From Oligoflexales bacterium (GTDB lineage Bacteria > Bdellovibrionota_B > Oligoflexia > Oligoflexales > JAPPIL01), in the NCBI GenBank assembly GCA_965215515.1, contig OZ244057.1:416001-480000 (forward strand): a stretch of DNA of 64,000 nucleotides, given 5' to 3'. The position numbers and the translations under genes are program-made. Positions 37,282 to 46,231 of this stretch are shown here, piece by piece. How positions within the stretch are numbered: the first letter of the stretch is position 1; each line of letters opens with the position of its first letter. A model generated the notes under the pieces. It was given only the letters and a program-made list of their open reading frames with translations, searched no databases and was not told the origin of the DNA.

Positions 37282-38750
37282 CTACTGCTGACGGCGAGCG
37301 TACCATTCACAGAGGGAGAACAGCTATTGAACGCCATTCCTGTTCGCAGCCAGTCAGACTTGCCTTGCGTGATGCGATCATCAGGCGTGAGTTAAGTTTC
37401 TTTGATTATGGCTGTGGTCGTGGGGCTGACGTATCTTTTCTCGCGACTCAAGGTGTGGCGGCGAATGGCTACGATCCTTGTTTTTTTCCACAAGCCCCTA
37501 AGACTGCTGCCCATGTCGTTAATCTTGGCTACGTTATCAATGTCATCGAAGACCATACCGAGCGTATCTCAGTGATCAAAGATGCCTTTGCTCTTGCCCA
37601 ACTGTGCCTAATCGTTGCAGCACAAACAAAGGCCGCGGCTATCAGTGGTGCAGCTGTTTTCAATGATGGCTATGTCACCAAGCGCAACACTTTCCAAAAG
37701 TACTACGGTCAGAACGAGCTACGTGACTTACTGCACAAGGTGCTGAACATTACTCCTTACCCCGCGGGGCCTGGTATCTTCTATATTTTCAAGGACGAGA
37801 AGGCACGCAATACTTATCTCGCAGTGAGATATGACTCGACAAGGTTGTTGCGTTTCAACAGCAACCGCACGTGGCAACGTCAACAGGTGCAAGAGTTACG
37901 GGAACAACGGTTGCAAAATTCTGACGCAGCTGGTCCGCTAATTGAATGGGTTAGCATACATGCTCGTTTTCCTACTGATTTTGAGTTTCCAGCACTAGAC
38001 AAAATCCTTGCTCTAGGAATATCATATAAATTTTTGCAAGAGTGGGTCTTTGCTAATCTCGATCAAGAAATTTTGGCAACCACACGTAAGATTCGGCAAC
38101 AAGATATTCTGCTAATGCTTGCTTTGACACGTTTTGAAGGAAGACCTAAGCTAAGTGCCTTGCCTGACAGGGCCAGACATGACATCAAATCTTTTTTCAA
38201 CAGCTACCAGAATGCCTGTGAAGAGGCTGACCGTTTGCTGTTCAGTGTTGGCAAGGTTGATACGATTCGCCAAGCAATTGAACAAGCAACAGTAGGCAAA
38301 AAACTTCCTGACAGCCTCTATGTGCATACTTCCGCCGTCCCCTACTTACCCTTGGCCTTGCAGGTCTTTGTCGGTTGTGGGCGTGCTGTTGTCGGTGATA
38401 TGGAGGGTGACGTAATTGTAAAAATTCTCAAAAAGGCAACTTCGGTGTCTTTTTTGCTTTACCGCAACTTTGACACCGACCCACACCCAGAACTGTTATT
38501 GTCAACGAAGGTTGATTTGCGCAGTGGACACTCCTACCCACGTGATTACAGCAAATCGGATAATCCGCCCATACTGCATCGCAAGGAAACCTTCGTCACC
38601 AAAGACTACCCACACTATGAAGAATTTTGTCGTACTACAGCACACGAAGAAAAACTTGGCTTGCTGAGCAGAAACGGCATTGGCTTTCGCAAAAGCTGGC
38701 AGAGGTTACTCACCGAAATCAGCGAGGGCAATCAGCCGCCCACTGCTTAA
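37278..38750 (+). CDS. DNA phosphorothioation-associated putative methyltransferase
   Basis: HRGRTAIER...SQPV, FDYGCGRGAD, GYDP, VVNLGYVINVIED..ER, DGYVTKRNTFQKYY, GKKLPDSLYVH, FDTDPHPEL, ILHRKETFV; ATGA overlap with sspD. Confidence 0.85.
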   Translation: MTTADGERTIHRGRTAIERHSCSQPVRLALRDAIIRRELSFFDYGCGRGADVSFLATQGVAANGYDPCFFPQAPKTAAHVVNLGYVINVIEDHTERISVIKDAFALAQLCLIVAAQTKAAAISGAAVFNDGYVTKRNTFQKYYGQNELRDLLHKVLNITPYPAGPGIFYIFKDEKARNTYLAVRYDSTRLLRFNSNRTWQRQQVQELREQRLQNSDAAGPLIEWVSIHARFPTDFEFPALDKILALGISYKFLQEWVFANLDQEILATTRKIRQQDILLMLALTRFEGRPKLSALPDRARHDIKSFFNSYQNACEEADRLLFSVGKVDTIRQAIEQATVGKKLPDSLYVHTSAVPYLPLALQVFVGCGRAVVGDMEGDVIVKILKKATSVSFLLYRNFDTDPHPELLLSTKVDLRSGHSYPRDYSKSDNPPILHRKETFVTKDYPHYEEFCRTTAHEEKLGLLSRNGIGFRKSWQRLLTEISEGNQPPTA

Positions 38751-38799
38751 GTGCGCTCTTGCTCCATCCACCAATTGTAGACAGCATCGGGGCACAATT

Positions 38800-40071
38800 C
38801 TATCCATCCGTCCAGCCAAGCCAATCCTCCGCGAGCGTTTCCCACACTGCATGCCCAAGCCGTTCACCTCTTTTCTTGATAGCTTCGTCGTTGAGGTGGT
38901 TGTTTTTGTCGAGATAGCTATCACCATAGGAAATTACCTCTCTCAAGATTTCAAGATAAGGCATACCATCACCAGTGTCTTTCCTCTCTAGGCATTGTTC
39001 GTATATTCTTCTTTTGGAGACAAAGTTTTCTTTCCCTGCTTTGGCGTTAATCTTTTGTGGAAGCAGAACTAAGTTGCCAATTCTGTTGATTGTCTTGTAG
39101 CTTTGTGGGACAATGTGCTCTATCGATTTGTAGTCATATTCTTCATAGTTTTGTATAGTGAGAAACTTCAATTTTGATTTTACAAAAGCTTGTGTTTCTG
39201 GGTCAAAATGCATTTTATGAAATGCAACAAACAAAACAAACCTCGTAAATTTTATTCGCTTATAGATGTTAATGTCTGCGAATTCTTTAATCCACTCTCC
39301 TCTAGTCATATCTCTATTTTTCCATTTCTTTAGTAGACATTTTCTGAGCTCGTTTCTTAATCCAGCAGCATCGTAGCCTTCACGAAAGAGAGCTTCTGTA
39401 ATATTTTTGTACTGGTTATCTATTCTATCTGTACCAGCGTCAGCAGCAACCCCACGCCAAAGACAGCTAAATGCAGCACATGCCTTGACTACCTCGTCTC
39501 TCTCCCTATTTTCTGCAAATTTAAACAGGATAGGAATGACTCTGTCATGAGCTATGGACTTCAGAAATTCAAAGCAGACGGCGGCTTCTCCAGTCGTAAA
39601 TATACTTTTACCGTTCGCTTTTTCCCAGTTGTTTTCTATAATAAAGTTATGGATATCACAAATACTGTCAATGTAATCCGGAATTTTATCTTCCATCTCA
39701 TTTGATATTTTATCGAGAATAACTCTCTTATCACGTAGACTAGTGAATTTATCTGTATTCAACTCCTCATGCATCATGCTTAGGAACAGAAGCAATCTAT
39801 CTGTGTACTTGTTCTGTTTGTTTTTTTTCATTTTCATATTACTAAGTGATGTTTCAACTTTATTTAGCCGATCTGCTATTTTTTCCTTTTGTGTCTTTTT
39901 GTAAATACGAGATTTTAGCATTTCAAATGCAGTTAGTGGCTCTCCTGTTGAGTTGAAGGTATTGAATATATCAATAGCATAGTCCTCAGAAAGCTCGCCT
40001 TGAACAACAAGAAAGCAAAACTGTGATCTGTCAAGAACATACGAGGCATATTTTAGAAAATCACCTCCCAT
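38800..40071 (-). CDS. sspE: SspE-like protein, C-terminal part (end of DUF262 plus DUF1524 nuclease)
   Basis: FNTFNSTGEPLTAFE, AFSCLWRG...GTDRID..YK, SIEHIVPQ, IGNLVLLP..IN. The frame is open upstream to ~40146. Confidence 0.75.
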   Translation of the reverse strand: MGGDFLKYASYVLDRSQFCFLVVQGELSEDYAIDIFNTFNSTGEPLTAFEMLKSRIYKKTQKEKIADRLNKVETSLSNMKMKKNKQNKYTDRLLLFLSMMHEELNTDKFTSLRDKRVILDKISNEMEDKIPDYIDSICDIHNFIIENNWEKANGKSIFTTGEAAVCFEFLKSIAHDRVIPILFKFAENRERDEVVKACAAFSCLWRGVAADAGTDRIDNQYKNITEALFREGYDAAGLRNELRKCLLKKWKNRDMTRGEWIKEFADINIYKRIKFTRFVLFVAFHKMHFDPETQAFVKSKLKFLTIQNYEEYDYKSIEHIVPQSYKTINRIGNLVLLPQKINAKAGKENFVSKRRIYEQCLERKDTGDGMPYLEILREVISYGDSYLDKNNHLNDEAIKKRGERLGHAVWETLAEDWLGWTDG

Positions 40072-40076
40072 TTCTT

Positions 40077-40685
40077 CTATTTCTTCCCCAAAAATACTGG
40101 GTATTTTAAAAATACTGGGTATTTTTTTGCATCGATGTTGGTTATTTCATTACTCTTAAAAAGATATTTCAGAATATCTGCTTCAAGAGCTAGAGCGCTA
40201 TCATGTTCGACACTGCGCTCCCTTTCCAGTCTTTCAGTGGTGGATAAGGCGTTACAAATAGTATCAACTATTTTTTCCTCTTCAATCTTTTTTCTAATTA
40301 AAATTTCCTTTTTGTTATTATCAGTTTCCTGCTCTATGGTCTCTTTGAGATGTTGTCCCCCCGAAGTAAGTTCTTTTTTAATAAGCTTCAACAAAATTAA
40401 AAATGAAGTTATCCTCTGCTGTCCATCAATCAGAATATATTTCTTCTCCATGCGTCTTCCTTCAACTTTCTCTGCCACAATTATTGAGCCAAAGAATGCT
40501 GGTAAATTTTGTTCTTTGCTATCTCTTATGGTTGTCATTAAATCTTTAAAATTTTCACTAATCCACGAATAAGGTCGCTGATAGACAGGAATGATAAAAC
40601 GATTTTTGAGAATTTCCCTTAGCGAAATAAGTCTTGAGTTCCTGTTTTCGTTCTCTACGATAATTATTTCTGCTTCACTACTCAC
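40077..40685 (-). CDS. sspE: SspE-like protein, N-terminal DUF262 part (out of frame with the C-terminal part)
   Basis: IPVYQRPYSW, FFGSII, LIDGQQRITS; ends KKYPVFLKYPVFLGKK* just after an A7 run. Confidence 0.78.
   Translation of the reverse strand: MSSEAEIIIVENENRNSRLISLREILKNRFIIPVYQRPYSWISENFKDLMTTIRDSKEQNLPAFFGSIIVAEKVEGRRMEKKYILIDGQQRITSFLILLKLIKKELTSGGQHLKETIEQETDNNKKEILIRKKIEEEKIVDTICNALSTTERLERERSVEHDSALALEADILKYLFKSNEITNIDAKKYPVFLKYPVFLGKK
40090..40125. repeat. 18-bp tandem duplication of a quasi-palindromic unit at the sspE frameshift
   Basis: AAAAATACTGGGTATTTT x2; the second unit runs into the T7 tract at 40122-40128. Confidence 0.95.
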
Positions 40686-40884
40686 CCCTCCGCCCCTTCC
40701 TATTTAATTACAATCAAATCACTCCCCGTGATCGGAAGATTGCGTTATTTCTTTAGTGGCAGTATTTGCCTGGTCTGTGTGATTTAGATTGGATGTCTTA
40801 TCATTCTTGCCTGCCCAGCCCTGTTGGGAGAAGCATCTACAACCCCTGCGCGGACATTTTGCAGTGGTGCTGCGACGACCCCGA

Positions 40885-41331
40885 TTATTCAGCTAGCACG
40901 TCAGGGAACACAGTTATCTCCCCCCGCACATCGTAAAGACAGAGATCGAAACGGCAATGATCGACATCAGGTTGGTGCGCGTTAAGAAAATGTTGTGCGC
41001 CACGCCTTAACGCCTTACGCTTGCGTGGAGTAATGAACTCAACTAGAGGGCGCGTCACGTCGCGCTGTCGTGCCTTGACCTCGATAAAAACCAAGTTACG
41101 TGCTTGGCGAGCGACGAGATCTATCTCAAACCCCCTACCACGATAATTACGTGCCAACACCTGCCAACCACGCGCCACCCACCACTCCGCAACCGCATCT
41201 TCGCCTTCACGAGCACGCCGATGCCAGGAAATCCTTGATGGGTGCGAAGTTACGGCGGTGCAGGGGGCAGATACCGTGGGCGCGGATTTTTTGGAGATGC
41301 AGACGTGTGCCATAACCGACATGCCGCTCAA
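40885..41331 (-). CDS. yraN: YraN family endonuclease-like protein
   Basis: EGED.VA, VLARNYR...EIDLVAR, LVFIEVKAR, CRFD. Start uncertain (overlaps rnhB). Confidence 0.85.
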   Translation of the reverse strand: MSGMSVMAHVCISKKSAPTVSAPCTAVTSHPSRISWHRRAREGEDAVAEWWVARGWQVLARNYRGRGFEIDLVARQARNLVFIEVKARQRDVTRPLVEFITPRKRKALRRGAQHFLNAHQPDVDHCRFDLCLYDVRGEITVFPDVLAE

Positions 41332-41806
41332 AACAATACTGCGGATAACGCCTCGCCTGTGCCGTCATCCAACCGTCACGCACCACCTTCGCCACAATCG
41401 AGGCCGCGGCAATCTCCGCGTGCAGACGATCACCGCCGACAACCGCCTGCTGTGCACAGCCAACCCCAGGGACGACAAAACGTCCATCGACCCGTACCAG
41501 CTCAGGCACTGGCGACAGCAGACACAAAGCACGCCGCATGGCCAAAAAAGTAGCGGCCTGAATACCCTGCCGCTCGATCTCGACAACCCACGCGGCCGCG
41601 TAAGCATAGCTTCGCGCAACCCGCACGATGATAGGCAACACCTGCCTGCGTTGCCGTGCCGTCAGTTGCTTCGAATCACGTATCAGAGCGCGGCCAGCAG
41701 CAGGCAAACGCGCCAGCCTCCGCCGATCGAGCACCACGCCAGCCGCATACACAGGCCCCGCCCAACAGCCTCGCCCTACCTCGTCCAGGCCCGCGATCAC
41801 CGTCAA
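41207..41806 (-). CDS. rnhB: Ribonuclease HII
   Basis: AGLDEVGRG, IRDSKQL, IAAASIVAKVVRD, HVGYGT, HRRNF. Confidence 0.95.
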   Translation of the reverse strand: MTVIAGLDEVGRGCWAGPVYAAGVVLDRRRLARLPAAGRALIRDSKQLTARQRRQVLPIIVRVARSYAYAAAWVVEIERQGIQAATFLAMRRALCLLSPVPELVRVDGRFVVPGVGCAQQAVVGGDRLHAEIAAASIVAKVVRDGWMTAQARRYPQYCFERHVGYGTRLHLQKIRAHGICPLHRRNFAPIKDFLASACS

Positions 41807-42129
41807 CCGAGATTTTTTTCGAGCATAGCCGTTATTTTCTCTTTGGAAGCTCCGACCACGGTGTCGATGACCTCACCATCTTTGACGAGCACGAAGTAAG
41901 GGATCGAACGCACACCATAAGTCGCGGGCGTGTTGGCATTCTCATCGACGTTCAGCTTGCCGACCGTCACCTTCCCCTGCCACTCGGCCGCGATGGTCTC
42001 CACTGTCGGCGTGATCGAGACGCAGGGGCCACACCAAGGTGCCCAGAAATCCACCAACACTGGCTGTGACGACTTGAGTACCTCAGCATCAAAATTGTCG
42101 TCGGTAAAAACCTGCAAACCCACAATCAA
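41803..42129 (-). CDS. trxA: Thioredoxin
   Basis: VLVDFWAPWCGPC, GVRSIP. Confidence 0.95.
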   Translation of the reverse strand: MIVGLQVFTDDNFDAEVLKSSQPVLVDFWAPWCGPCVSITPTVETIAAEWQGKVTVGKLNVDENANTPATYGVRSIPYFVLVKDGEVIDTVVGASKEKITAMLEKNLG

Positions 42130-42255
42130 CTCTCCCCGTCCGATGCAAGACGAGCACGACTACCACTCGTGCCACACGACCGTCAACCAGCCGCAGGAAA
42201 AAGCCGAAGGTAATTACGCCCTCGGCTCTCGTTGCGACAATTCACTTCACCGCGG

Positions 42256-43467
42256 TCAGATTTTTCCGTAGACACCGAAACCGAAACTGTGGCTTGTCTG
42301 ATCCTCCGTCTCGCTGTCTTCTTCACCCCAGTCAGGATCGAGCTTGTGCATCTCCATCGTGTAGCGGAGATAAGGAATAAGCTTGTCATCCACGCAATTG
42401 ATTTCCATCCCAGCATCGAACACCATCATGTTGGTGGCGTACTTCTGGTAGTATTTGAGATCTTCGTAGCCCCCTTTGTGACCAGCAAACGTCGCTTCGA
42501 GCTTTTTCTCGTACGAGGTGTCCATCTGACCGTTATCGGTCTCGTCACCGTCGCCAGGAGTCATGAAGTTGCCTTCAATACCCGCCCGATCGTCATTGCT
42601 CGCGGTCAGCAGCGACAAACTCGCCCACGGTGCGAACATGCCATACTCGTAGCTAAGACCCGCCGTGTAGTTGCGATAGACGGTAGTGGTGGGATCTTCC
42701 TTGCCGCCGTCTTTGTTCTTGCGGTTGTCATGAATGTAATCGAGATGCACCGTCAAGTCGTGCAACGCAAGCTTCAAACCTGCTGTCAATAACCACGACT
42801 GCCACCTGTTGTTGGCCTCATCGTCATCGTCATTGCTGGCTTTGAAGTCATACATAGAAAACTGCAACAGAGGCGAGACCACTCCGAAGTCACCCCTGTA
42901 TTGCAAGTGACCAGTTATCGCCTCGTCGTCGTTATACCAACGCTTGTCGTCGTCGCTTGCCCTCACATCACTGCTAACCATCAACGACAACTCACCAAAA
43001 CCCTCGATCGGAGCGAAGATCCTTACCATCGGAGCATAAGTAGGGAAGGGGTTGTGGTAGCTCAGGTAGGGGGAAAGATACTCCTGCCAACCAGCGACAG
43101 CTAGCGCATCTCTACCGACCGCAACGCTCAAGTAACTGCGGGGCAAATCAGCGGTCACCCTAGCGACCTCCAACGGTGTCCTCCCTTCGTGATTCAACTT
43201 GACGAGGTTTAAGCTGAGACGCACCTTGATGTCATCCCACTTCTTACGGTAATGAACCGTGGCATCGTAAAGATCATGCTTGATCGCCCTGACTTTGAAA
43301 TCACCATCATCGTCGGTGTCTCGTCCAAGGTTTTCGTCGGTGACATACACACCCCAGTCGTACTCAAACTTAAACTTTTTCTTCCGTTTCTTGTCGTCCT
43401 CGCTACCAGCATCGGCATGGGCAAGCGAAGCCAGGCCAAAGACAAGGGTGGTGATCAGAAAACGCAT
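42256..43467 (-). CDS. Putative outer-membrane beta-barrel/porin with acidic loops
   Basis: Signal peptide MRFLITTLVFGLASLAHA; alternating aromatic strands; C-terminal SFGFGVYGKI. Confidence 0.55.
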   Translation of the reverse strand: MRFLITTLVFGLASLAHADAGSEDDKKRKKKFKFEYDWGVYVTDENLGRDTDDDGDFKVRAIKHDLYDATVHYRKKWDDIKVRLSLNLVKLNHEGRTPLEVARVTADLPRSYLSVAVGRDALAVAGWQEYLSPYLSYHNPFPTYAPMVRIFAPIEGFGELSLMVSSDVRASDDDKRWYNDDEAITGHLQYRGDFGVVSPLLQFSMYDFKASNDDDDEANNRWQSWLLTAGLKLALHDLTVHLDYIHDNRKNKDGGKEDPTTTVYRNYTAGLSYEYGMFAPWASLSLLTASNDDRAGIEGNFMTPGDGDETDNGQMDTSYEKKLEATFAGHKGGYEDLKYYQKYATNMMVFDAGMEINCVDDKLIPYLRYTMEMHKLDPDWGEEDSETEDQTSHSFGFGVYGKI

Positions 43468-43662
43468 AACTTCTCTCCTACACAAGTGATTGTAATCAAA
43501 ACCCTACCCACTGCTAACAAGTTTATCTGCAAAAAAAAATAAAATCAAATAACTACAGCACAGATCGTTATTTTTTCTTCCATCATCACCCTTTACCTCT
43601 ACAATTCTACCTTGAATTTGGGGGCATTTCCTGCTTAAACTGCCCCACCGAAGGAGGCTAGG

Positions 43663-44019
43663 TTGAGTATCACTCTATCAGCGCGCGCTATCGCAAAAGC
43701 AGAAGAACTGCAATGTCACGCGGGAAAACCCAGTCTGCGTCTGTATCTCGAAGGGAAGGGGTGCGATGGTTTTTATTACGGTGTGGCTTTCGACCACCCC
43801 ACCACCCACGATCGCCACTTCCCACAAGGGCGAGTCGATGTTATCGTCGATGCCGACAGCCTGCGTTTTGTCACAGGCTCGACTATCGATTGGGTCGATG
43901 ACCAGCGCGGCCGCGGTTTTCTAGTCACCAACCCCGCCCACAAAAAATACCGCGGCAAGTTCTACAAAAAATCCTTCTGGCGCAAACAACTACTGCCTGC
44001 AGTACAGGAGGAGTCGTGA
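43663..44019 (+). CDS. HesB/IscA family protein (atypical)
   Basis: LRLYLEGKGCDGFYYG, VDADSL.FV.GSTIDW, GFLVTNP; lacks the C-terminal CGCG. Confidence 0.8.
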   Translation: MSITLSARAIAKAEELQCHAGKPSLRLYLEGKGCDGFYYGVAFDHPTTHDRHFPQGRVDVIVDADSLRFVTGSTIDWVDDQRGRGFLVTNPAHKKYRGKFYKKSFWRKQLLPAVQEES

Positions 44020-44321
44020 AAAATTCCTGTACCGTCACCATCACCAAACCGCCTGCACCGTCTCGCACGTGGCAGGTGCGGCGTGGGCTGGGGTTTCAAG
44101 CCCTGTGTGCGCGACACACCGACACCCCCGTCGAGTTCGGTTGTCGTAACGCCGATTGCGGCACGTGCATCTTGCGTGTCGTGCAGGGCATGGCAAACCT
44201 CTCGCCGCGTAACGCGCAAGAGACAGATTTTTTGCAAGCCATGCGAGCTGACCCCGACGAACGCCTCGCCTGTCAGACCCGCATCATGGGCGACGTAGAA
44301 ATATACATCGATGCCGACTAA
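44016..44321 (+). CDS. [2Fe-2S] ferredoxin-like protein
   Basis: FGCRNADCGTC...ERLACQ. Confidence 0.85.
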   Translation: MKNSCTVTITKPPAPSRTWQVRRGLGFQALCARHTDTPVEFGCRNADCGTCILRVVQGMANLSPRNAQETDFLQAMRADPDERLACQTRIMGDVEIYIDAD

Positions 44322-45417
44322 AAGCCCCCTCACGACCAGCGCATATCTGTTTGCCTGCAGCCTGCTCGCACCGCTGCGCCGCGTGCGCTACGATCTCGGC
44401 AAGGAAATTACCGTGTTCCTTTGTGCTCTCACCGTCGCCGCCACCTTCGTCTATATCTTTCACGATTTTCTTAACCGAGCTGTTGCAGCCATCTCTCCCG
44501 CCATGCGCGACAGCTTTGCACACGTCGCTGCACTGCTCTGTACCGCCGTCATCGCCTTTCGTCTCGGTAAGTTTTTGTACCATGCCAACCACGATCGCTA
44601 TTGCCAATTTCAGCACCAGCTCGGCGCAGAACCTCGCCAGCTGCGCCGTTTTTTCTTGCTGCGCGGTAGCGGAGCACTGCTGCTGAGTGCCGCCAGCCTC
44701 GTGCTGCTCTGCCACCTGCTGTTGCGGGTGTCTTCTTTCACCTACCTCCTCGCTATCTCTCCGCCTGCGTTGTTGCTCGGTGCATACCTTGCCCGTCGTC
44801 CCCACCCCGTGCCGCAACGCCAGGCCCGTCAGCACACGCTGTTCTCGTGGCGCTGGCAGCAGATCATGCAAGGGGAACGTTTGCTGCTAGCCTGTGCAGC
44901 CAGTGCAGCAGCGAGCTGCTTGCCGTTGAGCTACTTGCACGCCCCCCTACAGCTGTACGGCGGTGCGGCACTCCTCTGCGGTTTGCTCGCCTCCTTTAGC
45001 TTGGCATCACAGGCCGCTCGTGACGCACAGTTTGCTTGGGCCGAGAGAAATTTCGGCATTTCACACGCCCAGTACGTCAGCACATGCGAAAAAATCGGAG
45101 TGAGCCTTGCCCTGTGCTGTGCCCTGTGCTGCGCATGTTGTTTTCTTGTCGGGCAACTGCTGTTCACCGCCGCGACATTCGCCCTGCTGCCTGCCGTGCT
45201 GAAAATTATCCTGCTAGCAGGACTGGCTCCCTTGCTGATGCCGCTGCTGCTGTTGCAGATCGATGTGCGTCGCCCCGCGGTACAGTACATCACCGCTACG
45301 CTGAGCGCTTTGTTTGTCGGCACTGCCATCCTTGCCAGCTGGTTCAGCGTGCTGCTCTACCCGCTCTTGCGCTGGTACGCCTTACGCTACGGCGACGGGA
45401 GGTTTTACCGCGCATGA
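44311..45417 (+). CDS. Multi-pass membrane protein (probable ABC permease)
   Basis: Many hydrophobic segments; overlaps the ABC ATPase start. Confidence 0.6.
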   Translation: MPTKSPLTTSAYLFACSLLAPLRRVRYDLGKEITVFLCALTVAATFVYIFHDFLNRAVAAISPAMRDSFAHVAALLCTAVIAFRLGKFLYHANHDRYCQFQHQLGAEPRQLRRFFLLRGSGALLLSAASLVLLCHLLLRVSSFTYLLAISPPALLLGAYLARRPHPVPQRQARQHTLFSWRWQQIMQGERLLLACAASAAASCLPLSYLHAPLQLYGGAALLCGLLASFSLASQAARDAQFAWAERNFGISHAQYVSTCEKIGVSLALCCALCCACCFLVGQLLFTAATFALLPAVLKIILLAGLAPLLMPLLLLQIDVRRPAVQYITATLSALFVGTAILASWFSVLLYPLLRWYALRYGDGRFYRA

Positions 45418-46109
45418 TGACCCTGACAGATATTCGCAAAACCTTCGCGGCGGGTTTCCAACTCGGTGCAGTCAACCTGCAGGTCGACGCAGGGGAGACA
45501 CTCGGTGTGCTGGGCAAGAACGGTGCGGGGAAATCCACCCTCTTCAACCTGATGACCGCGAACCTCGATCCCGATGCGGGAGAGATAACTTTTCGCCAGC
45601 AGCGGCTTACCCCCGCAACCTATACCCTGAAAAAAGCGTTGGGCTTCCTGCCCCAAGCCCCTGTCTTTCCCCCCTGGGTATGCGGCGAGGAACTGCTGTG
45701 CTACGCCGCTCGCCTCTATCGTTTAACTAGCACCCAAGTTGTGCCGCAGGCGTTGCAACGTTGGGACTGTGTTCACTACAAGAACTTGCCCCTGACCCTC
45801 TGTTCACACGGCATGCAGAAAAGAATCGGCCTGGCTATAGCCACCCTGCACCAACCCCCGCTGCTGGTACTGGACGAACCCTTCTCTGGTCTCGATGTCT
45901 TTCATCTCAAGACCCTGCACGAATTGCTCGCCAACCGCAAACGACAGCAGCTCAGCAACGTGCTCAGCACACACATCTTACCGCTCGCGGCACAGCTGTG
46001 CGATCGTGCGGTCGTGCTAAAAAACGGCAACCTACACCCGCTGCCCGATTGGGCACAGCTGAACCACGAACAACGCAGCGCAGCACTGGCACGGCTGCTC
46101 TTTGCCTGA
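45414..46109 (+). CDS. ABC transporter ATP-binding protein
   Basis: GKNGAGKST, CSHGMQKR, LLVLDEPFSGLD, STH. Confidence 0.92.
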   Translation: MMTLTDIRKTFAAGFQLGAVNLQVDAGETLGVLGKNGAGKSTLFNLMTANLDPDAGEITFRQQRLTPATYTLKKALGFLPQAPVFPPWVCGEELLCYAARLYRLTSTQVVPQALQRWDCVHYKNLPLTLCSHGMQKRIGLAIATLHQPPLLVLDEPFSGLDVFHLKTLHELLANRKRQQLSNVLSTHILPLAAQLCDRAVVLKNGNLHPLPDWAQLNHEQRSAALARLLFA

Positions 46110-46231
46110 GTTTTACCGCCCACACGAGGGAAGGTCAGGCGGCAAGAAATTGACACTGCCGTCAACTTGCCGATGCTATCTGGAGTCGGAATTTTGGCAC
46201 TCATGCCTCCGATACCCTGTCGTTACAGAGC

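Larger units (their letters stand above)
26070..40800. other. AT-rich defence island (Ssp phosphorothioation system plus accessory genes)
   Basis: Visibly AT-richer than the flanks; contains only defence-type genes. No integrase or terminal repeats recognised; boundaries approximate. Confidence 0.8.

Noticed and set aside
38800..40685. Genuine two-gene GmrS/GmrD type IV restriction pair
   Set aside because: The break falls inside the DUF262 region (the N.TGEPL motif is in the second ORF) and one base restores a single ORF. Not fully excluded.
26070..40850. Prophage, ICE or transposon boundaries for the island
   Set aside because: No integrase, transposase, tRNA target or flanking direct repeat recognised by eye.
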